From Saprospira grandis (lineage in GTDB: Bacteria > Bacteroidota > Bacteroidia > Chitinophagales > Saprospiraceae): a DNA stretch of 64,000 bases. A model generated the notes under the pieces. That model had not been told where the DNA came from. It saw only the letters and a list, made by a program, of their open reading frames with translations, and searched no databases. The stretch covers positions 1,244,241-1,308,240 of the forward strand of contig NZ_CP110854.1 of the NCBI RefSeq assembly GCF_027594745.1, in the 5' to 3' direction. Numbering within the stretch: position 1 is the first letter of the stretch; each line of letters begins with the position of its first letter. This document shows positions 9,153-18,245 of the stretch, one piece after another. Position numbers and translations under genes: made by a program.

Positions 9153-10988
9153 TTAATCAAATAATCTCCAAAGAACTGAGAGTCGGAGCCAGTTATTGGC
9201 CTCGGCATATTGGTAGCTACTAAAGTAGTTTTGGTTTTCCCAGAAGTAGCTAATATTTTGATAATTGAGGCCAATTCGGAAGCGGTAGACCTTGAGGACG
9301 GCAAAGGCGTCTAGTTGGGGATAGAACTGCAAAAGTTGTTGATCTTGCAGATAAAATTGGTTCCAAGTTGGGGCATAGGCTTGGGCGTAGAAGGCCGTTT
9401 GGTAGCGCAGGCGGAAGCCCAATTGCCAGCTTGCGTTTCGGAAATATTTGCCTTTAAAGTAGAGTTTTTGTTGAACTTGGCCTTGGGGTAATGGCCAGTA
9501 TTTTTCCTCTCCGACTTGTAGCTGCCCAACTAGGCGAGTGTCGGAGTAAAAGCCTTTGTAGTGGAAGCTTTGTTGGAGCTCGGCTTGCAGCAAGCTTAGG
9601 CTACTATTGAGTTGTTCGCTTTGGCCATTGAAGTTGTAGATAATAGGATTTTGGCGGAGGAAATACTGGGCTTTGAGGCTTCCCTCCTGCCCTTTCCAGC
9701 TTAGGCCAAGGCCGAGATTGGCTTCTTGGCTTTGGCCAAAGTCATTGTTCCAGATTTCTTGGCCAGAGAGATAGGCTTTTTGTTCTAAAAAGCTGGGGCG
9801 AAACTGCTGTATTTGTCCCCAAACTGCTGCCGCTAGCCTTTTAGACAAAGGACGTTCATAGCGCAGTTTGAGCTGATAATCTAGGGCTTGCTCTCCAAAT
9901 AAAACTTGGCCTGAGGCGCTTAGATTTTGACCTTGATAATTGGCTCCTGCAAAAAGGCTATTGAGCTGTTCTAGGGGCAGGGGTTCTTGTGTAACGGCCT
10001 GAAACCGATGGCCCAAAAAGAGCTTTATATCGGCGAGTTGATAGCTCAATTGATTTTGAATCAGCTGTTGTTGCATGGCCATTCTCAGGCCTCGGTTATT
10101 GACCTGAAGTGGGCCGTAGAAGCTACTATCTGCGGCTAGATTATTATCAAAAAACTTAAATCGTTCTTGTTGGTAATGCAGTTGGTGCTCCCAGTTTTTC
10201 CAGTTTTGGCGATAAAGCAGTTCCAAAAAGCGATTTTCCTGTCGGGGCGAATCATTGTCGCCTTCATTGAGGCTAGTTTCGGCAGTTTCTAAAAAATCAT
10301 TGCTCAGGCCTTGCAAAACACTATCTTGCAGGCCTCCATTTTCGCTTTGATTTTGGCTAGAAGAGACCACAAACAGGCTCCCCTTATAGTTGGCTTTTTG
10401 GTAGTGAAGCTGCAGGCCGAGGTCTCGATGTTGGCTAGCGAGGCTATTAAAATAGCCTCTTTGGCTCAGCACGCTATACTGGATGCCGTAATAGAGTTGT
10501 TTATTGTATTGCTGGGCCAATTCGGCTTTGAGGGCCAGATTTTTCAGATTAATTTGGCTGTAATAAAGGTTGGTCAGGGCCTTCCCACCTTCTACCTCAT
10601 AGATGCGGAGTTGGTTGGGGCGCAGGCGGTAGCGGTCCAGATGTTCTGCAGCGCCTAGGCGGGGGCCTAATTCTTTTTCTTCATACTGCCAAGTTTTGGC
10701 AAAAACGGGCGTTCCCCAATGGCCCAGATTCCCGTAGTTTTGGGTCCAACTTTCTTGCGCCCAGCCCCAGGCAAAATCATGCATATAATGGAGGCTAGTA
10801 TCCAGTTTGGCCCATTTGTTTTCGCTTAGGGCATAGCGCCATTTTATTTTCAGGCTATCGCCTAATTTCTGAAAGCGTTCGGCTTCTGTGGTGGCGGGCA
10901 GGCTATCTCGTTGTAGGCTATCTACAGGCGTTTGGGCCCAGCTACTGTTTGCCCAAAGGAGCAAAACAGCCAAAAGAACAATTCGCAT
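9153..10988 (-). CDS. Putative outer-membrane beta-barrel protein
   Basis: 611 aa with signal peptide MRIVLLAVLLLWANSSWAQ. Q/N/Y/G-rich with alternating hydrophobic pattern typical of OM barrels. No specific family recognisable by eye. Confidence 0.5.
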   Translation of the reverse strand: MRIVLLAVLLLWANSSWAQTPVDSLQRDSLPATTEAERFQKLGDSLKIKWRYALSENKWAKLDTSLHYMHDFAWGWAQESWTQNYGNLGHWGTPVFAKTWQYEEKELGPRLGAAEHLDRYRLRPNQLRIYEVEGGKALTNLYYSQINLKNLALKAELAQQYNKQLYYGIQYSVLSQRGYFNSLASQHRDLGLQLHYQKANYKGSLFVVSSSQNQSENGGLQDSVLQGLSNDFLETAETSLNEGDNDSPRQENRFLELLYRQNWKNWEHQLHYQQERFKFFDNNLAADSSFYGPLQVNNRGLRMAMQQQLIQNQLSYQLADIKLFLGHRFQAVTQEPLPLEQLNSLFAGANYQGQNLSASGQVLFGEQALDYQLKLRYERPLSKRLAAAVWGQIQQFRPSFLEQKAYLSGQEIWNNDFGQSQEANLGLGLSWKGQEGSLKAQYFLRQNPIIYNFNGQSEQLNSSLSLLQAELQQSFHYKGFYSDTRLVGQLQVGEEKYWPLPQGQVQQKLYFKGKYFRNASWQLGFRLRYQTAFYAQAYAPTWNQFYLQDQQLLQFYPQLDAFAVLKVYRFRIGLNYQNISYFWENQNYFSSYQYAEANNWLRLSVLWRLFD

Positions 10989-11005
10989 AGAGCTTTAATT
11001 TTTGC

Positions 11006-11045
11006 GCAAAAAAAAGCCATGGACCCAAAGAGTCGATGGCTTTTT
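11006..11045 (-). terminator. Rho-independent terminator downstream of the HU gene
   Basis: Hairpin GCCATGGACCCAAAGAGTCGATGGC (11016..11040), flanked by an A-run on the plus strand (U-run on the minus-strand transcript). Confidence 0.55.
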
Positions 11046-11071
11046 ATCAGAACTTAGAAAGAAAAAGCAAC

Positions 11072-11398
11072 TTACTTCTTCTTCTTCTTGTCAGCAGCAG
11101 CTTTAAGGCTAGTGCGTAGATCTTTGTTATCTACAGTACCAGCAAGCTCTTTACCTGCTTTAAACTTTACAGTTACCTTGTCGCTGATTTGGATTTCCTT
11201 CTGCGTAGAGGGGTTGATTCCTTTACGGGCAGCACGGTAATTCACATCAAAAGTACCAAAACCAACCAAAGTGATTTTTTGGCCTGCTTTCAAAGTGTCA
11301 GCAATAGTTTCTAGGGTAGCGTTCAAGGCTGCAGCAGCATCAGCTTTTTTCAAGCCAGCAGCTTCTGCAATTTTGTCGATCAAATCTCCTTTGTTCAT
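11072..11398 (-). CDS. hup: HU family DNA-binding protein with a lysine-rich C-terminal tail
   Basis: MNKGDLIDKIAEAAGLKKADAAAALNATLETIADTLKAGQKITLVGFGTF...RKGINPSTQKEIQI; ends KKKKK. Confidence 0.9.
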   Translation of the reverse strand: MNKGDLIDKIAEAAGLKKADAAAALNATLETIADTLKAGQKITLVGFGTFDVNYRAARKGINPSTQKEIQISDKVTVKFKAGKELAGTVDNKDLRTSLKAAADKKKKK

Positions 11399-11631
11399 AG
11401 TTAAATTCTAGATTATCCAAATGATACAGTAATTCTTGCGCCCTAAAAAGCTAGCTTGGGGTAGTTTGAATAGGCAGGGGGGCTCTGTATCTAGGGCTTC
11501 TTACTGTTCTTCAAACCAATGGTCGAAGGTCTAGCTTTCGGCGCTTACAAATTTATGTCCTTTTGTAGCATTTCCAAACATTTACCCAAAAAAAGCAAAT
11601 AAAGGCCCTAAAAAAGGCCATTTTAATACTG

Positions 11632-11795
11632 TTTTGGGGCCTCCGCAGCAAAGCTGCGGCGCTGCGCTTCGGAGCTCGCAGGTCTGCTCGGCCGTTCGGC
11701 GGCTTTGCCGCCTCCGTCTGGCCCTGCGGGCCACCCCTCCACATCGCTAGGCCAAAAAAGGCCTGCGGCCCAAAGCGGCTCCGCCGCCAAAAGGA
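11632..11795. repeat. GC-rich intergenic repeat family copy (type 2, forward)
   Basis: TTTTGGGGCCTCCGCAGCAAAGCTGCGGCGCTGCG...GAGCTCGCAGGTCTGCTCGGCC...GTCTGGCCCTGCGGGCCACCCCTCCACATCGCTAGGCC. Confidence 0.8.
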
Positions 11796-11841
11796 CCCGC
11801 CTAAAATAGCAACAGCCAGTCAGAAATCTGACTGGCTGTTG

Positions 11842-11913
11842 TTGGCCTACTAGGACTCGAACCTAGAATGACAGAACCAAAATCTGCTGTGTTACCAATT
11901 ACACCATAGGCCA
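11842..11913 (-). tRNA. tRNA-Gln (anticodon TTG), copy 1
   Basis: Folds into a cloverleaf by hand: acceptor TGGCCTA/TAGGCCA, U8, D-stem GTGT/ACAC, anticodon stem GCAGA/TCTGT with loop TTTTGGT (anticodon UUG), T-arm CTAGG-TTCGAGT-CCTAG, discriminator A. Confidence 0.85.
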
Positions 11914-11961
11914 ATAAAATCTTTGCTACTTATAGGAGCCAAACTCTCCTTTGAGAAGTTG

Positions 11962-12033
11962 TTGGCCCACTAGGACTCGAACCTAGAATGACAGAACCAA
12001 AATCTGCTGTGTTACCAATTACACCATGGGCCA
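11962..12033 (-). tRNA. tRNA-Gln (anticodon TTG), copy 2
   Basis: Identical to copy 1 except for a compensatory T-A to C-G change at acceptor pair 6:67 (TGGCCCA/TGGGCCA), which supports the helix. Confidence 0.85.
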
Positions 12034-12083
12034 ATTCCGTAGCGGCACAAATATAAGAAGGAAAATTAAACCGCCAAAACTTT

Positions 12084-12515
12084 TTACATTTTTTCTAAAA
12101 AAATTTGTCGTTTTCCTTCTTCTTGGACCAAGATCCGCAAATGCAGCGCATTTTCGGCTAGCAAAGGTAGCAAAATTTCTGGCCATTCTACAAAAAAGTA
12201 GTGTTCATCTTCCAAGTAGTCTTCTATACCAATTTCTAGGGCTTCTTCTAGGCTATCTAGGCGGTAGAGATCTGCATGGCGGACGAGCAAAGGGCTGCCT
12301 TGCAAGCCATATTCATTAATGAGGCTATAGCTAGGGCTGCTCCCCTCTTCTTGGCCCCCTAAGGCTTGCAGTAAATAATGGACCAGAGTGGTTTTTCCGG
12401 CTCCCATAGGCGCATCTAAAAAAACTTTGCGGTAAGTTTGCAGCGGTCCAGCTACTAATTCTTGGGCCACAGCTGCCAATTCGGCCAAATTGTTTACCGT
12501 ATAATCTGCTTGCAT
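12084..12515 (-). CDS. tsaE: tRNA threonylcarbamoyladenosine biosynthesis protein TsaE (YjeE-type P-loop ATPase)
   Basis: P-loop PMGAGKTTLVHYLL, SPSYSLINEY motif, ~140 aa. The most likely start is the ATG at 12515 (MQADYTVNN). The ORF track extends it to 12563. Confidence 0.8.
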   Translation of the reverse strand: MQADYTVNNLAELAAVAQELVAGPLQTYRKVFLDAPMGAGKTTLVHYLLQALGGQEEGSSPSYSLINEYGLQGSPLLVRHADLYRLDSLEEALEIGIEDYLEDEHYFFVEWPEILLPLLAENALHLRILVQEEGKRQIFLEKM

Positions 12516-12566
12516 AATGAATTTAATTTCTGCAAAATTAGTCCAGTTTTTTGGGCTTCCCAAAAA

Positions 12567-13355
12567 ATGGGCGCTGCCCTGCTTCTTTTTGGCCTTTTTT
12601 TTACGGCCTGCAAAAGCAGCAGTCCCCTAGCCTACCTACAAGCCCCGCCCCAAGCAAAAATGCAAATTGATGGACAAAGCGAGGATTGGCCCGAAGGCCT
12701 ACAGCGGCTAAGAGAAAAAATCAATATTCAGTATGCGGCCAAAGAAGACGAAGAGTTTCTCTACCTATATATACGTATAGATGAGGCCAGCTACCAACAC
12801 TATGTTTTGGCCAATGGGGCTCAAATCTGGATAGACAGCCTAGGCAAAGACAAAAAAAGCTTAGGCCTCAATTATCCCTTGCCCTTGGCCACTAGCCGCC
12901 TAGAAGAATTGGCCCAAAAAGCTGGCGCAGATGAGGCCAAATTTCTGGCCCTCTACGCCCAAGAACTACAAGAGTTTGAACTCCTCAACTTTGTCTCTAA
13001 AGATATTCGCGTAAGCAATTTGGCCTCTAAGGATTTTAAAACTGCCGCCCATTTTGATGCCGGCAAACGCCTTTGTCTAGAGTTTCAACTGCCCAAAAAT
13101 CGCCTAGGTCTAGCTCCTAAACAAAAAACGCCTTTTTCCCTAGGCTTTTTTGTCCGAGCGGCCAAAGCCTCTCCCTTTGAGCAGGCAGAACAGGCCGGCA
13201 GCCTCTTCGATGAACAAGATCCTCAGAATGGAGTGACTAGCAGTAACCCCATGCTAGGCGGTAGAAGTCAACAAATGAATAGAAATAATAGCTTGTCTAT
13301 TTCCCCTAAAAGCAACTTACCAAAAATTTGGACCCGACTTAGCCCCAAAGAATAA
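12567..13355 (+). CDS. Hypothetical lipoprotein
   Basis: Signal/lipobox MGAALLLFGLFFTAC from the ATG at 12567. No recognisable domain. The ORF track starts it earlier at 12462, overlapping tsaE. Confidence 0.45.
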   Translation: MGAALLLFGLFFTACKSSSPLAYLQAPPQAKMQIDGQSEDWPEGLQRLREKINIQYAAKEDEEFLYLYIRIDEASYQHYVLANGAQIWIDSLGKDKKSLGLNYPLPLATSRLEELAQKAGADEAKFLALYAQELQEFELLNFVSKDIRVSNLASKDFKTAAHFDAGKRLCLEFQLPKNRLGLAPKQKTPFSLGFFVRAAKASPFEQAEQAGSLFDEQDPQNGVTSSNPMLGGRSQQMNRNNSLSISPKSNLPKIWTRLSPKE

Positions 13356-13761
13356 GATGTTGTAACAATTAAACAGTTATTCAACTTTTGTGACAGGAAA
13401 TTTATTCAGCGTATTTTAACAGTGAATAGCCTTAAATTGGCTTTTTGGCCTACTTTTTTTCTTCCCCATCTCTATTGATTTTTAATAACCCAAGGCAGAA
13501 AAACAAATATAAAAACCTAATAACTAATTAGTTAAAAGGTAACCTAATTAAAAATCAGAGACATAGGTAAAATGCCTAAAAAAGAGCAATAGGCCTTTTT
13601 CTGAGTCGCAAACAAACAAAAAAATTCATATTTGTAACACACAAACAGCTACTAGCTTAGCTTGCTAACTAGGAAACTGTTTGGGGTAAATAATGGGGAT
13701 TTTTATAAGCATCAAACTTGGGGGAGTTTGATGCTTTTTTTTGGTCCATTTTGCGGTGGAC

Positions 13762-13925
13762 AGGCGGCGAAGCCGCCGCAAGCGAGCGAAGCGAAGCGGC
13801 TGAGGGGCTGTAGCAGGGCCGCCGAAGGCGGCAGACCAAAGCCCGCAGGGCTGCAGGGCCGAGCAAGCCTGCGAGCTGCGCAATGGCCCGACCCAAGGCC
13901 GAAGGCCGCAGGGGCAGCCCCAAAA
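13762..13925. repeat. GC-rich intergenic repeat family copy (reverse)
   Basis: GGCGGCGAAGCCGCCGCAAGCGAGCGAAGCG..GCTGAGGGGCTGTAGCAGGGCCGCC...GCGAGCTGCGCAATGGCCCGACCC..GGGGCAGCCCCAAAA, ending 5 bp from the stop of the TetR gene. Confidence 0.8.
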
Positions 13926-13929
13926 CCTT

Positions 13930-14616
13930 CTATTCTGGAATAGGATGATCCAGCATTTTAAAGGTAAAGAATTCGAGCATATTGACCACTGCGTCTAGGC
14001 GGCCTTGCTCTACAGAAACATCGGTAATAGAGGGAAAATGCTCGGCAAAATAGATGTGGTCGCTAGCCATTTCGATCAGGCTAGAGGCCAGGGTATTGGG
14101 GTAGGGAAAATCTGGCTTAACCGCCTGAATGGCGTCTGCGATCACCTTAGACAGGGTTTTATAATTGAGGAAAAGGCCTTCTTTATTTTCATCATCGACC
14201 TCCTTGGTATGATAAGCCTTAATGCCCTCGGCCACCACAATGCGGTGCAGGCGGTTTTCGTCTACATATTCTACCGCTGGATTGGTTTGGGAAGAAGTGA
14301 CCAGAGTAGACAAAATAATTTTGAGTCGCTTGGCGGGGCAATCGATATTCATGCTATTATAATCAATCTGGAACATGGTCCATTCCCAGTACCAGCAGAC
14401 CAAATAGAGCAGCAATTTGTGCTTATTTTCAAAGTAGCGATAGACCGAAGCCTCCGTTGACTGTATTTTGCAAGCCAGCTTTTTAAAGGTAAATTTCTCG
14501 AAACCCAGTTCCTCGATCAGGATAATGGCATACTCGATAATTTTTCGGCCCAGTTTAGTTTGCTGCGGGTCGCGCAGATAGAGGTTTTCGTTGAGTTGAA
14601 TATGAATAGCAATCAT
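13930..14616 (-). CDS. TetR/AcrR family transcriptional regulator
   Basis: N-terminal HTH region GRKIIEYAIILIEELGFEKFTFKKLACKIQSTEASVYRYFENKHKLLLYL. ~228 aa. Confidence 0.7.
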   Translation of the reverse strand: MIAIHIQLNENLYLRDPQQTKLGRKIIEYAIILIEELGFEKFTFKKLACKIQSTEASVYRYFENKHKLLLYLVCWYWEWTMFQIDYNSMNIDCPAKRLKIILSTLVTSSQTNPAVEYVDENRLHRIVVAEGIKAYHTKEVDDENKEGLFLNYKTLSKVIADAIQAVKPDFPYPNTLASSLIEMASDHIYFAEHFPSITDVSVEQGRLDAVVNMLEFFTFKMLDHPIPE

Positions 14617-14732
14617 ATGCGATTGTTGAGCAGTGGTTCTAGAGCAGTATAAGGGGCAAAGATAGGCTTAAAAAAAGAAAAAACCCTTTTGCAGCTACGC
14701 AAAAGGGCCTTATCCAAATAGCTAAGGGAAAA

Positions 14733-16352
14733 TTAGCTGGTCGTTTCTTGCGGTTGTATCCGCTTGAGTTCGGCCAAGGTTTCCCCTTCCCTATCCAGCC
14801 CCAGCCATTTCCATTTGATTTCTTTGAATTTGGCATAATCCTTAAAACTTTCAAAGATATCTAAGATGTCGGGGTCAATATATTCGGTTCGGCTAGCATC
14901 AATAATCAAATTGGTTTGATTGGGGAGGCTAGATAAATATTCTTTTAGCGCACTTTTATTGAGGAAAGAGAGATCTTCTGAGAGCGTCAGCTGAATCCTA
15001 TTTCCCTCCTTAGTTTCGACAAAAGGCAGGCGATAGTTATTGCGCAAGATATAGAAAATGGCCACCGCCATCCCAATCATAATTCCAATGAGCAAATCGC
15101 TGAGCAAGATGGCTATAATAGTAACTAAAAAGGGAACAAACTGTTTGTAGCCTTGCTGCCAGATCTGCTTAAATACCGTTGGGTTGGCCAATTTATAGCC
15201 CACCATCACCAAAATAGCGGCTAAGCTAGCCAGCGGAATCAGGTTGAGCAGAAAGGGAATAGTCAACACCGCCAAAAGCAGAAAAACCCCATGTAAAAAT
15301 GCCGCCGTTTTTGAGCGTCCGCCCGACTGAATATTGGCCGAAGAGCGCACAATAACCTGCGTGACGGGCAACCCACCTAGCAAACCGGCAGCAATATTCC
15401 CCATGCCCTGCGCCTTGAGCTCCTGATTGAGGTTGGTGGTCCGTTTATGTGGATCCAACTTATCGGTTGCTTCGGCACAAAGCAAAGACTCCATACTGCC
15501 CACAATGGCCAAGGTGATGGCCGTAGTATAAACGGCTGGATTAAAGAGCTCGGCAAAATTGGGAAACTTCATTTCAGCAGAAAAGGCCGCCCAAGAATCA
15601 AAAATGGGCAGACTAACCAGATGCTCTGAGGCAATTTCTAATTGTGGAATCCCTTTAAAGCTCAAATTCAGTACAATGCCTGAAAAAACCGCCACCAAAG
15701 GTCCTTGAATCCACAAGGCCCAAGGCTGCTTTTTAACGATATCTTGTTGCCAAATAATGAGAATGATAAAGGCGACCAAAGCCGCTACGGCAGGTCCCCA
15801 GTTTACATTCAGCCCCTCAAAAACATCGGTAAATGCCTTAAAAATCTCGCTAAAAGTGGTCTCTCCATCGGGCTGCAGATAGGCCATCTCGCCCTCGGGG
15901 TCCTTATCGTCTCCTAAGGCATGTGGAATTTGCTTGAGGATAATGATGAGCCCAATGCCCGACAACATCCCTTTTATGACCGAAGAAGGAAAAAAGTAAC
16001 CGATACTTCCCGCCTTCAAAAAGCCCAAAAGAAGCTGTAAAAGGCCAGAAATAACCACCGCCAGCAAAAAGGTCTCAAAACTTCCCAACTGCTCAATTGC
16101 GCTGATGACAATAGCCACCAATCCCGCAGCCGGACCGCTAACGCCTAGAGATGAATTGGAAAAAAGCGTGACCACAATACCGCCCACAATGCCAGCAATA
16201 ACGCCAGACAAAAGAGAGGTACCAGAGGCCAAGGCAATACCTAGGCATAGAGGAACGGCTACCAAAAAAACGACAATGGCCGCAGGTAGATCGTTCTTCA
16301 AGTGCTTGAAAGTAAGCGGGGCTTTCATAGACTCAAATAGAATGTAGAACAC
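14733..16352 (-). CDS. SulP family anion transporter with C-terminal STAS domain
   Basis: Multiple TM segments. SulP signature region SLGVSGPAAGLVAIV. C-terminal STAS-like domain (NLIIDASRTEYIDPDILDIFESF). An alternative start ATG at 16328 (MKAPLTF) is plausible. Confidence 0.85.
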   Translation of the reverse strand: MFYILFESMKAPLTFKHLKNDLPAAIVVFLVAVPLCLGIALASGTSLLSGVIAGIVGGIVVTLFSNSSLGVSGPAAGLVAIVISAIEQLGSFETFLLAVVISGLLQLLLGFLKAGSIGYFFPSSVIKGMLSGIGLIIILKQIPHALGDDKDPEGEMAYLQPDGETTFSEIFKAFTDVFEGLNVNWGPAVAALVAFIILIIWQQDIVKKQPWALWIQGPLVAVFSGIVLNLSFKGIPQLEIASEHLVSLPIFDSWAAFSAEMKFPNFAELFNPAVYTTAITLAIVGSMESLLCAEATDKLDPHKRTTNLNQELKAQGMGNIAAGLLGGLPVTQVIVRSSANIQSGGRSKTAAFLHGVFLLLAVLTIPFLLNLIPLASLAAILVMVGYKLANPTVFKQIWQQGYKQFVPFLVTIIAILLSDLLIGIMIGMAVAIFYILRNNYRLPFVETKEGNRIQLTLSEDLSFLNKSALKEYLSSLPNQTNLIIDASRTEYIDPDILDIFESFKDYAKFKEIKWKWLGLDREGETLAELKRIQPQETTS

Positions 16353-16477
16353 ATTTAGGCGCTAAGCTAACTGCATCCAAGGGTAAATAAGTTGGTTCAA
16401 TGATAGCAATACTATCAAGCACAAAGGTAATCAACTTAAATTAGTTAGTTTTCCTTTTTTTTTATTTTTTTAATGAT

Positions 16478-16665
16478 TTTTTGGGGCTGCCCCTCCCTGC
16501 GGTCGGGTCGGGCTGTGTCGCAGCTCGCTATTCGCTCGGCCCTGCGCCGCCTAAGGCGGCTGGGTCTGGCCTTCGGCCACTGCTATCCATCCCTCAGCCT
16601 GCGGCCCTTTGGGCCTGCTAGACCTAAAAAAGGCCCAAAACCTTAAGGTTTTGGGCCTTTTGGGC
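16478..16665. repeat. GC-rich intergenic repeat family copy (type 1, forward) with a 3' perfect hairpin
   Basis: TTTTGGGGCTGCCCCTCCCTGCGGTCGGGTCGGGCTGTGTCGCAGCTCGC...GGGTCTGGCCTTCGGCCACTGCTATCC, then the palindrome GGCCCAAAACCTTAAGGTTTTGGGCC at 16632..16658. Confidence 0.8.
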
Positions 16666-16680
16666 CAGAAAGCATTCTCT

Positions 16681-17160
16681 TTATTCTTCTTTTAGGCTAA
16701 AGCTCCCCATAAAAGCCTCTATTTCTTTTGGGCCAACTTCTTGGGGTTGTTTGTTCACAATCAGCAATTGATAGACCTTATCCTCTTTACGATAGAGCTC
16801 ATAAACGGCGGCGGCATCAAAGCCGAGCAGGGTATATCGTTTAGACTTTTGGGGCCAGGGCCCTTCTTCTCTTTGGATACTTAGGGGTTTTAGGCGGAGA
16901 GCGGCGCCTAGAAGCAGGGCTTCAAAAAGGCTATCGCTGCTTAGGGCTTGTTGTTCTTTGCTTAACTGCATGCAAGCCGCCTGATACTCCCAGATAGAGT
17001 CGGGACTTTTATAGAAATAGGCTTCTACATCCTTTTGCAGGACACTATCGGCGGGAGCGGGAAACTGCAGGCTATATTGGCCCAATTTGGCGTGGACCTT
17101 CTGGCCCTTTTGGCAGGCAAAAAGGCTAAGCAGCAGGACCAAAAAGATAAAAATTCTCAT
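16681..17160 (-). CDS. Hypothetical lipoprotein
   Basis: Likely start ATG at 17160 (MRIFIFLVLLLSLFACQKG, lipobox). The upstream part of the track ORF (to 17274) lies inside a repeat copy and is probably not translated. Confidence 0.45.
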   Translation of the reverse strand: MRIFIFLVLLLSLFACQKGQKVHAKLGQYSLQFPAPADSVLQKDVEAYFYKSPDSIWEYQAACMQLSKEQQALSSDSLFEALLLGAALRLKPLSIQREEGPWPQKSKRYTLLGFDAAAVYELYRKEDKVYQLLIVNKQPQEVGPKEIEAFMGSFSLKEE

Positions 17161-17202
17161 GATTGATTTTGGGCCAAAAGTAAGCTTTTTTTTGGAGATT
17201 GG

Positions 17203-17366
17203 GGGCGGCGAAGCCGCCCCGGCCGCAGGCCGAATGGCCCAGCGCTGCGGAGGGGTGGCCGTAGGCCAGACCAAAGGCAGGCTTTGCCTGCCTGCAGGGC
17301 CGAACAGGCCTGTGAGCCCCGCAGCATAGCGGCGGCCGCCCCAAAATAAAGGGCGGCCGCGGGCCC
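17203..17366. repeat. GC-rich intergenic repeat family copy (reverse)
   Basis: GGCGGCGAAGCCGCC...CAGCGCTGCGGAGGGGTGGCCGTAGGCCAGACC...CAGGGCCGAACAGGCCTGTGAGCCCCGCAGCATAGCGGCGGCCGCCCCAAAATAAAGGGCGGCCGC. Confidence 0.8.
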
Positions 17367-18239
17367 CTAAAAAATACTTTGATTCGTGAGTCGAAGGGCT
17401 GCACGGAGGGCATTCAGCATATTTCCATGCGTTTGAATTTCTTGAATATCTAGGCCAATATCGACAATCGTTTGGGCCACATTGCCAGAAATGCCAGAGA
17501 GCATCGCTTGGCAGCCCATGAGTTTGGCCGCCTTGCTCATCTTAATCAGGGCGTTGGCCACCTCGCTATCCATAACGGCGATACCGCGAATATCGAGAAT
17601 AAACACCTTGGCGCTTTTTTCCGCAATTTCCTCGAGCATAGCGTGCATAACCTGTTGGGCGCGTTCGCTATCCAGAAAGCCCACCAAAGGCAGCAGCAGG
17701 ATGCCCTCCCAAAGCGGGGTAATCGGCGTAGACATAGAAGAAAGCGTTTCCTCCTTTTCTCGGAGCAACTCATCTTTGGCCGAGCTATAGCCATCGGTGA
17801 GCGTAGAGATGGCGATGCCCGTAAACTTTCGGTAAGTTTTGAGCAGATTCAGGCTGAGCAGGCCATGTTCTTCTAATAGATCTTGGACCTCTTGATGATA
17901 ATAATTGAGGAAAGCCAGATAGGCATCGAAGGGGATGCCCACGCTGGCGAAGACCTGTCCAAAAAAGCGTTGGCGTTCGATATACTCATCATCGGCTTGG
18001 CCAGAGAGCAAATCATCCCAAAAAATGTCCTCACTATCTCGGATTGCCTGCAAGACATCTTCGGTATAATAAGTTAGAAAGAAAGGGTGATTTTGCAGCC
18101 AATCATAGAAGCGTTGATAGAGTTCATCTTTTTGATCATAAATTTTTTGGCCTGCTTGGGCAAGTTCCTCTAGCTCTTCATCTTGGAGGAAAAAGAGCGC
18201 TTGATAGTAGGGCCAATTTTTTTCGTTAGGATCAATCAT
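17367..18239 (-). CDS. RsbR-like sensor protein: N-terminal sensor domain (possibly protoglobin-like) plus C-terminal STAS domain
   Basis: C-terminal ~110 aa (PLWEGILLLPLVGFLDSERAQQVMHAMLEEIAEKSAKVFILDIRGIAVMDSEVANALIKMSKAAKLMGCQAMLSGISGNVAQTIVDIGLD) is a clear STAS / anti-sigma-antagonist fold of the RsbR/RsbS type. The N-terminal ~170 aa are helical and not assigned by eye. Confidence 0.65.
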   Translation of the reverse strand: MIDPNEKNWPYYQALFFLQDEELEELAQAGQKIYDQKDELYQRFYDWLQNHPFFLTYYTEDVLQAIRDSEDIFWDDLLSGQADDEYIERQRFFGQVFASVGIPFDAYLAFLNYYHQEVQDLLEEHGLLSLNLLKTYRKFTGIAISTLTDGYSSAKDELLREKEETLSSMSTPITPLWEGILLLPLVGFLDSERAQQVMHAMLEEIAEKSAKVFILDIRGIAVMDSEVANALIKMSKAAKLMGCQAMLSGISGNVAQTIVDIGLDIQEIQTHGNMLNALRAALRLTNQSIF

Positions 18240-18245
18240 CTGTAC

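Noticed and set aside
13356-13745. AT-rich ~390-bp gap after the hypothetical lipoprotein gene, examined for an ncRNA or small gene.
   Set aside because: There is no convincing ORF, no conserved RNA motif I can recognise, and no strong hairpin. It is most simply a promoter-poor intergenic spacer preceding a repeat copy.
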